This document shows, in pieces, positions 55,144 to 64,000 of a stretch of 64,000 bases of DNA; the first letter of the stretch is position 1; every line of letters begins with the position of its first letter. The notes under the pieces are model-generated. The model made no database searches and had not been told where the DNA came from. It worked only from the letters and a program-made list of their open reading frames with translations. A program made the position numbers and the translations under genes. The stretch spans positions 6,200,001 through 6,264,000 of the forward strand of contig NC_043013.1 of the NCBI RefSeq assembly GCF_006345805.1, read 5' to 3'. The stretch is from Octopus sinensis (Eukaryota).

Positions 55144-55456
55144 CACCGTGATCACCGTGACCGACCAGGCTATCAGATGTTGCTACACATCGCTGGTTAC
55201 AATGCGCTTCGCATTGTTTTAGCCTTCAAATGACGCCACGCCGCTGGCTAAGCGAGCAGGCCAACAGAAGAAAGAGTGAGAGAAAGTTGTGGTGAAAGAG
55301 TACAGCAGGGATCGCCACCCCTGCCCCTGCCGGAGTCTCGTGGAGCTTTAGGTGTTTTTGCTCAATAAACACTCACAACGCCCGGTCTGGAAATCGAAAC
55401 CGCGATCCTACAACTGCGAGTCCGCTGCCCTAACCACTGGGCCATTGCGCCTCCAC
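55144..55456 (-). mobile_element. Full-length SINE family C with tail 2, inserted into a Penelope-like repeat
   Basis: Complete head, TSD-like ataatgtaaat on both sides, tail ending in (gtgatcacg)-type repeats. Confidence 0.88.
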
Positions 55457-56308
55457 TTATAATGTAAATAATGTACATAATTCCTCATTTCTTAAATATA
55501 GAACTGAACATGTAAATCAATATGTTTAGCCCTAGACTAGTTTTCAAGGAACATACCTTTGGTGATTTTGTTAATTTTGCTGCCCCCTTTTTTTTTCAAT
55601 ATTCGGACAAAGTATATTTATTACTACACTTTCCAATGAACCATTTCTTTTTAAGTTTCCGTGCTAAGGGAGATATGGTTGCTATTTCTAGCCTGTTGAG
55701 CGTTCTCGTAGAGGTTCTGTTTCGTTAGCGTGAAAGTAAAGATATTTAATCCTATTGTTGAGAGGATAATAATGTTAAAACAAGTAAAAAATATATATAA
55801 AAGTATGAGTTTAAATGAGGCTGACAGGTTGGGGGATGTGTAATCTAGGATTAATTTTATATGGAAATGTTTTCCTGTATTTCAAACATGCGCCGGCGTG
55901 GCTGTGTGGTAATGGCTCCAGAAGGACCAGTTATCCTTTTTTGCTCTATCTGTATGTGTGTATTCGTGTGTGCGTGTGTATGTTTGTTTGTGTGTGTGTG
56001 TGCTTCTGCGTGTGCGTATGTGTGTGTGTGTGTGTTGAATATGTATATGTATAGGAAAGCGTTTGATAAATTCCAGATACAGTTATGCCATTTGTTCCCG
56101 ACACACGTTTCGACATTGTGGTTACTTGCATCTTCTGCGGTGGATGTTCAAAGGGCATTTAGATGCAGATCCACAACGACTTCCCGGAAGAATATTGTGT
56201 TAACACACACACACACGCACAGACGCACACATATATCGTAGTATGCGTATATATATATATTGAGAAATTTCTGTACACCACACCTAACATAAATACATAT
56301 ATATAATA

Positions 56309-56408
<100 letters not shown>

Positions 56409-56443
56409 TATGCAGTTTAAATATACATATTTATATGTATAGA

Positions 56444-56997
56444 TCTATATATATAAATGGCAATTTCTGTCTGTCTTTTACCATCTTAGTGTCTAAACCA
56501 GCGAACTAATATTCACGAAACTTTGCATATATGTAAACTAACATCCGGTTCAATAACAGTGTAATTGAATTTCAATAAAAATCTATAATGTGCCCCCCCC
56601 CAGGGGCGTTGGGCGAAATATATGATAAAATGAGAAGGTTACAAAAAGTATTAGTCTAGGGAAAAGGTAGTAACAGAGAGAGGGTGACTTATATCAGTGA
56701 AGGGGGAACAGCGGTGGCAATGGGTTGATAGCGTTATTACAGCTGTCATGTACATGCGACGCTGCATACATACTTTCGTAAATACATAGATACAATACAC
56801 ACAGAGAAAGGGATGTATGAGGAATACGTAACTTTAAGGTGAGAGGGGGTAGGTGGCTCTTCTGCTGTCCATCACAAAGAAACACTCACGCAAATACACA
56901 CACACACATACATACATACGTACATACATACATAATACATACATATGTCAACTATACACCATTTTAAACTCGTGATTAGCTGTGTGTACGTTTGTAA

Positions 56998-57064
<67 letters not shown>

Positions 57065-57629
57065 ACGTCCTATAACTCTCTGTCTCCCTAATTTAGTGGG
57101 GTCTTCCTTGTTGCTGTCACATATTGTGAGATTTGAAAATTACGTCAAAGTTTCCAAATTTGATACATTGAAATAATTTTCCACATTAAATCTGATTTTG
57201 TTATCTATTTGTTCCAGAAAAGTTGCAGAAAAATGTTACTGGGGTTTAAAGTTAAATCAATTTTATCTAATCAGAAAACAGGATTTGGAAGCTGACATTT
57301 TCTGTATGATAGCTGTCTATCACTAAATGAAAGCAAAATCATTAGGAGGACGAATTTTTATTAAACAAACGAAAGCAAAGCATTACGATGATCAAAGTTG
57401 TAAAAACTTTTGAAGTTTTAATGAATAAAGTCATGTGAAACGGTCGAACAGACATGTAAATAATTTTATAGGGAAAAAATCCTCAACGAAGTTTTTTGGC
57501 GAAAAATTGCACAAATTTGTTTGATTAAAATACCTATCTGTCAGAGAAGGCATGTTCTCACATGGAATAAATAATAAATAAGATTTTCTATTGTAAAAAT
57601 TGCCTGGCAACATCGGGCCATTCAGCTAG
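56444..57629 (+). mobile_element. Non-autonomous Helitron (about 1.2 kb) in the probable upstream intron of the neuropeptide gene
   Basis: A|TCtatatatataaatggcaatttctgtctgtc...gcctggcaacatcgggccattcagCTAG|T: TC start, subterminal hairpin, CTAG end, A-T target. Confidence 0.75.
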
Positions 57630-57940
57630 TATATACATGTGTGTGTGTGTTTGTGTGTGTGTATGTGTGTGTGTGTGTGTGTGTGTACTGTATGTATAAA
57701 TATATATATACACACACATACATGTATATATTTGGATATCTATTTCTATGTGTGCGTGTCGGGGAGGTGGGTGATGATTTTTGGTAAGCAGTGTCGATTT
57801 TTACAATTCTATAAATGATAATGTTTTCTAAGATTAAATCTTATAGCGATCACTGTGTGATGACTAAAGAATATCAGACTATTTCCTTTAGTCATTACAC
57901 GGCAATCACTTATAAGCTTATAAAATATATATTATCAACG

Positions 57941-57978
<38 letters not shown>

Positions 57979-58031
57979 TATAAGTAAATATAATTTGTTA
58001 TAATGTCTTGTTGTTGAGATAGGCTCTCTTT

Positions 58032-58110
58032 CTTTCCTGATAAGATTGCATTTTACACCGTTTATTCCTTTGGAATAAACCAATGTTGTCTTCGAAACAT
58101 ATGTCGAAAG
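58032..58110 (+). ncRNA. Minimal type I hammerhead-ribozyme-like motif (one core mismatch) in a Penelope-like repeat
   Basis: ctttc-CTGATAA-[long stem II with gtttattcc/ggaataaac hairpin]-cttc-GAAAC-ATAT-GTC-gaaag. Stem I ctttc/gaaag is perfect. Confidence 0.6.
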
Positions 58111-58317
58111 TAAAAGAATTTTAATAACATCTTCGTTCAACTCCATTTATTTACTATACTACACAAATTAATGCACATTAACCCGGAGTTTCTACCTTTG
58201 AGTAGGTCGTTTCATCCGTGTTACTTGCGTGAATTTTGCTACCCTGGTAACGGTTTATTGAATTTTCCATGTTAACGGTAAACAAAGGATAATTCATTCA
58301 TCAATTTAAATATATAT

Positions 58318-58350
<33 letters not shown>

Positions 58351-58442
58351 TGTAGTATTGCTAATACATCAAGTTCGTGTCTATTTCTTAATAAATCTAC
58401 AATTACAAATTTAATATTTCAGTAAGAACACAATCAACAAAA

Positions 58443-58724
58443 ATGTCTCGAAGACTGGTCCTATGTGTGGCAACTTTACTCAGTTTAGCTTTGTGGCAGA
58501 TGCAAATTTTCCATGCAGAGGCGGCTTACACACCTGTTTACGATCAACAAGCCCCATTGAAATTCGGAAGAAGAGGTCTAAATCCCAATGTTAACAGTCT
58601 ATTTTTCGGAAAACGAGGGGCGATGGCGGAAGAGTTGAGTCACATTGATCTCGGCAGACGATGTATGGCCGCCATGTCGGTGTGTAATATATTCTTTGAG
58701 TCGAAATCAGAAAATAAAAGATAA
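58443..58724 (+). CDS. FFamide (SIFamide-family) neuropeptide precursor, 93 aa
   Basis: Hydrophobic signal peptide ending ...HAEA, then AYTPVYDQQAPLKF-GRR and GLNPNVNSLFF-GKR (molluscan GxNPNxNSLFFamide type). C-terminal C-x6-C-x2-FF matches the Cys motif of SIFamide precursors. Acceptor tttcAG at 58421-58422, good start context (aaaATG), donor GTAAGT at 58726. Confidence 0.93.
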   Translation: MSRRLVLCVATLLSLALWQMQIFHAEAAYTPVYDQQAPLKFGRRGLNPNVNSLFFGKRGAMAEELSHIDLGRRCMAAMSVCNIFFESKSENKR

Positions 58725-58761
58725 AGTAAGTATTGATTTTCATATTTTGTATATTTATCTA

Positions 58762-58793
<32 letters not shown>

Positions 58794-58842
58794 TATTATT
58801 ATTATCATCATTATTATTATGATTAATAATATTAATATTATT

Positions 58843-59400
58843 AAGGCAGTGAGCTGGTAGAAGCGTTAGCACACCGGGCGAAATGCTTATCAGTATTTCG
58901 TTTGTCACTCCGTTCTGAGTTCTAATTCCGCTGACCTCTACTTTTCCTTTCATTCTTTCGGGGTCAGTAAAATAAGTACCAGTTACGTACTGGGATCGAT
59001 GTTGTCAACTTATCTTCCCCCCACAAATTTCGGACCTTGTGCCTAATAGTAGAAAGGATTATCATTATCTTTAAGAAGAAAAGGGGGCGAGATGGCAGAA
59101 TCGTTAGCACGCCGGGCGAAATGCTTACTTAGGGCACGAGGCCAAACTTCCCTTTGGTAGAAGAGATTATTATTATTATTAAATCGGCGAGCTGGCAGAA
59201 TTGTTAACGCGCCGGTTAAAATGTTTGGCGGTATTTATACCGGCTCTTCTTGTTCTCAGTTCAAATTCCCCCGCGGTCGTCATTGCCTTTCATCCTTTCG
59301 GGGTCAATGAAATAAGCACCAGTTCCGTACTTGGGTCGTTGTAATCGACTTACCTCTTCCCCCGAAATTGCAGGCCTTGTGCCAAAATTTGAAACCATTA
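58843..59400 (+). mobile_element. Cluster of SINE family B copies just downstream of the neuropeptide coding exon
   Basis: Family B head, B-box and central domain repeated. Confidence 0.8.
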
Positions 59401-59414
59401 TTATTATTATTATC

Positions 59415-59473
<59 letters not shown>

Positions 59474-59714
59474 AATAAAATATGGTCCGTTGTCTTCTGC
59501 TGAACCGGAGTCATCCCTTGACCCTAGGGTCACAGCAGGTCCTCATCTCATGGAGAGTACACGGCGTAAAATGTGTGCGAAGTTCTCTCACGTTAACATT
59601 GCAAGAGAGTTTGTTGAGCTGCTTATCAAGGCCCTTTTTAATTAGTCCTAACGCTCCAATCACCACCGGTGCCGTGCTGCTTTTCATTCCTCACATCTTG
59701 GTCACTTCTATTTC

Positions 59715-59771
<57 letters not shown>

Positions 59772-60221
59772 AGAAACAATAAGAAGAGTGCGACTGTTAT
59801 CAAATGAACGATATTTCGACATCTCGTGTGTCTTTCACAAGTTCAAAAGTAAACTTGTCAATCTACTTCTATCCTATAAATATAACCAAAATGAAGTCGA
59901 TTGACTTGTTTATTTTTTGAACCTGTGGAAGACAGACGAGATGTCGAAATGTTGTGGTATATTTTAACTTTGTTACGTAGAAAACAAAATTCTGGCATAA
60001 GCTAAAGCGCGTGCAGGGGTCCTCCGTTAAGGAGCGACACAGAGCAGCGAAAATGCTTTTATGCCGTTTACCAAAGCCGAGAATTTTTTTCTTTTTTTTC
60101 CATGGTAAACTACTGTAAATTTGTCTTTAGAAATTAATATGTCACAAACATATTTGAGCTAAACTAAAATTTGTTTACCTCTCAACACTGCTAATAACTG
60201 CTGCTGCTGCTCCTGCTGCTG

Positions 60222-60281
<60 letters not shown>

Positions 60282-60820
60282 TAGACGCGTGTGTGTTGTG
60301 TGAAATACGCCCCATTGTGTAGTGCTATCTATTTTTATCAATATTTTTCATATCTATGCTGCTTATTTAAAGCATTCGCAAATTCATCTGAAATGCTTGA
60401 GACCTTCACAGTCACATCTTCAGGATCAAGTGGTACTGGCGTATGTTACTGCATTTTTTTTTTATCGTAGGCAGTGCGAATTTTCTTAAAATAGGGTGTA
60501 ACCGCTGGAATTGGACGTTTTGTCTGCGAGATTTATACATCATCAGTCAGGTGTTAGTTTTTATTTTTGACTTGTGTGGTTGTGTATTTCAGCATTGTGC
60601 TTCGAGCGTTGCTTCCACTATTAATCGCCCATTTGATTTATAAATTTGAATGCAAACCTGGGGGAAAAAAAAAGAAAAAACACGACTACAACTATTATAC
60701 AGGTCACACAAGAACAACTCCCTCTCTCTCTCTCTCTTTCACTCTTTCTTTTTCTTTGTCTCTCTCGCTCTATCGCTTTCACACGCTCCCCAAGCACTTT
60801 CAAAGAGCATATGCAATGTA

Positions 60821-62064
60821 TTAGGTTGTCAAGAAAGTTCTTGCGGTTTTTAACCTTTAAATTCAGATGCACATAATCGAAATAAACACCATCAGAATCA
60901 ACACACTTGCCAACGCGAAACAAGTTTATTTAAGCTAGTAGCGTAAAAATCCTGCGTTCTGGTGGCGATGAAGTCGTTGAAGGCATGTTTGGCATCGTCT
61001 TGGTTTTTGAAGAATTTCTCACGCAGGAAGTTGTCGAGATGCTTGAAAAAGTGATAGTCAGTAGGCGAGAGGTCTGGTGAGTATGGCGGATGAGGCAGAG
61101 TTTCGTAGCCCAATTCGTTCAACCTCTGCAGGGTCAGTTGTGCGACGTACGGCCGAGCGTTGTCGTGAAGAACTGGTCCTTTTCTATTGACCAATGCTGG
61201 CTGTTATCGGAGTTTCTTATGCTGACAATACTTCCCCGCCGTAATGGTTTCGCCTGGATCCAAAAAGCTGTGATAGATAAGACTGGCCGCAGACCACCAA
61301 ACAGTCACCATGATATTCTTTTGGTGCAACTTTGGCTTCGGGAAGCGCCGTGGAGCTTCGTCTGCGTCCAACCACTGAGCTGAGCGTCGCCGGTTGTCGT
61401 AAACAATCCACTTTTCATCGCAAATCACAATCCGGTCGAGAAACGGGTCGTGCTTGTTCGGTAAAAGAAAAGACAACACTTAAATACGGCGTTTTTTTTT
61501 TGTTGTTTTTTTTTTTCAATTCGCGCGGCACCCATTTCTCAAGTTTTTTTGTTGTTCCAATCTCGTTCGAGTAGTTGGAAATTGTCGTATACGTTACGTC
61601 TAATTCAGAAGCAAGTTCTCGAACAGTTGTGCGTGGATTGGCTTCGATTAAAGCTCTTAGTTGATCGTTGTCAACATCCGATGGCCGACCACTACGCTTA
61701 TCATCTTCAAGACTCTCGTCACCGCTACGAAATCTTTGAACCACCATTGTGCTGTACGTTCATTGGTGGTTCCTGGTCCAAATACATCGTTGATATCGCG
61801 AGCTGTTTCAGCAGCTTTTCAGCCTATCTTGAACTGGAATAAGAAAATTGTGCGAATTTGCTTTTTGTCCATGTTGTATTCAACGTTCCAGAAAAAGTGG
61901 CCTAATTATTCAAAAAGAAAAAGAGTAACACGATTAGATAGAGCAAAAAAACGGGCTTTAAAATAATATATAAAGTCAAAGTAATTTAATGAGAATTAAT
62001 TTGAAACTACATAATTTAAAACCAAAATTAAAAATTCCGCAAGAACTTCCTTGACAACACCTAC
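60821..62064 (-). mobile_element. Near full-length mariner (cecropia subfamily, Hsmar1-like) with TIRs; transposase is pseudogenised (ATG 61872 to about 60875)
   Basis: TA|ttaggttgtcaagaaagttcttgcgg ... ccgcaagaacttccttgacaac(ac)cta TIRs. Motifs MDKKQIR, WVPREL, CDEKW, HDNARP and HPPYSPDLSPTDYHFF (D,D34D-type triad). In-frame stop and frameshifts. Confidence 0.93.
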
Positions 62065-62321
62065 TACAACATCATACACCACAGAGTAAAATTAAATAGA
62101 AAAACATTAGTAAATAATATATATATAGTATACAGAATTCCTAATAAAAACAAAGACGGAACTCTTATAAGACTTAATTGTTCGATAAATAACATTTGAT
62201 GAAAGAAGTATCAGACGGAGGGAGATATAATTAAGACTGGTGTTTCTCATACGGAAAGGCTCGGTTCCTCGTTGCGTGTAGGGCTCCAATGACGATCGAA
62301 ATGTAAGTAAACTAATTACCA

Positions 62322-62489
62322 GGCGCAGGAGTGGCTGTGTGGTAAGTAGCTTGTTTACCAACCACATGGTTCCGGGTTCAGTCCCACTGCGCGGCACCTT
62401 GGGCAAGTGTCTTCTACTATAGCCTCGGGCCGACCAATGCCTTGTGAGTGGATTTGGTAGACGGAAACTGAAAAGAAGCCCGTCGTATA

Positions 62490-62553
<64 letters not shown>

Positions 62554-62793
62554 TATATATATGCGTGTGTGTGTTTGTGTGTCTGTGTTTGTTCCCCCAA
62601 CATCGATTGACAACCGATGCTGGTGTGTTTATGTCCCCGTTACTTAGCGGTTCGGCAAAAGAGACCGATAGAATAAGTACTGGGCTTACAAAGAATAAGT
62701 CCCGGGGTCGAGTTGCTCGACTAAAGGCAGTGCTCCAGCATGGCCGCAGTCAAATGACTGAAACAAGTAAAAGAGTAAAAGAGAGTAAAGAGT
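62322..62793 (+). mobile_element. Full-length SINE family A (reference copy)
   Basis: Head ggcgcaggagtggctgtgtggtaag, B-box gggttcagtccc, CORE-like ggcaccttgggcaagtgtctt, internal (TA)n(TG)n, and (gtaaaaga)n tail. Confidence 0.9.
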
Positions 62794-63196
62794 ATGTTTA
62801 ATGAAGATGGTTTTTAAACATTTTAATCTTATTCAGCACCTCACCAAGAACGAGGAATTAAAGGGATGTAAAATTTTATTTCATCTTATTTTCTTATTTA
62901 CAAATGAGGCGACGACAACCTAAATTCACTATTTGCTGGGGGGGGGGGAGGCTGCCTTTTGTGAATTACAGGACCACTAGTGATATAGATTAAAAGATCA
63001 GTGAAAGAGGAGCCGGACGTAGTCCAGTGCATGAAACCAGTCAAAGAAATAATTGACCAGCTCAATCAATATCATAAGAAAAAGGACTGAATATTATTCG
63101 ATTTCTCGATGGAAAGAAAACATAGGAAGCATCAATAGATTATAAACAGTAGGCCGTATTTATTAGATATATTATTATCATCATCATCAACATTAT

Positions 63197-63250
<54 letters not shown>

Positions 63251-63292
63251 GTCGTCGTCATCATCGTCATCATCATCACCATCATCATCATT

Positions 63293-63342
<50 letters not shown>

Positions 63343-63404
63343 TATCGTCATCGTCATCGTCATCATCATCATCATCATCATCAACATCATCATCATCATC
63401 ATCG

Positions 63405-63448
<44 letters not shown>

Positions 63449-63458
63449 GTCATCATCG

Positions 63459-63514
<56 letters not shown>

Positions 63515-64000
63515 GTCAATACTATGTGTTATTTGTTGTTATAAACACGACCAAAATCCTTAGCGCTGTTCGTGTCTGTCACACAGACGAAATAATAATC
63601 AGTTATGAACGAGACTTTCTCTTTCGTTTAAAATATGACAAAAGGTTTATATGCTTACGTCTATACATATATGTATATATATATATTCAGACACATATAA
63701 ATATATGTACACATACATACGTATACATGCATACATATACACATACATACATATATATTTTTTTACGCATACAAAGACGCAAACACACAAACACACACAC
63801 ATAAATTCATAAATATATGATCTTAGCTCAATGATATACGCATTGCGTCTCGTCTTTTTGGCGAGTGTTTCGTATGGCCACGTACGGCGTTATGTGTATC
63901 CAAGTGTGGTTTTGTGTAAGTCATATCATCCAGTTTATTATGGATATCTTTCAACATATGTATGCACAACTATCCATTGTTAACACCGTTGGCCGACTTT

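Noticed and set aside
60898-61872. Domesticated SETMAR-like host gene
   Set aside because: In-frame stop, frameshifts, an internal deletion, flanking TIRs and no SET exons indicate a dead transposon copy.

Overview
AT-rich, microsatellite- and SINE-saturated metazoan DNA. The SINE content and a molluscan neuropeptide suggest an octopus (inference). Two protein-coding genes are supportable, both on the + strand: (1) the last two coding exons (558-693, 6640-7804) of an ARHGAP22/24/25 (FilGAP)-type RhoGAP; (2) a 93-aa FFamide/SIFamide-family neuropeptide precursor encoded in one exon (58443-58724). Most of the remainder is transposon-derived: several modular tRNA-derived SINE families, LINE fragments (RTE, CR1, R4/Dong, L1/Tx1), a near full-length Hsmar1-like mariner relic, two non-autonomous Helitrons, a piggyBac-type MITE, foldback palindromes and very long microsatellites. 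Nearly all other ORFs in the track are translated microsatellites. Points worth a second look: a PLKFamide peptide resembling GnIH/NPFF in the FFamide precursor; several minimal hammerhead-ribozyme motifs in Penelope-like repeats; a SINE 3' tail shared with an RTE LINE in the same window; and a CpG-decay boundary near 19.7 kb that may mark a hidden minus-strand transcript. All calls were made by eye and repeat boundaries are approximate.
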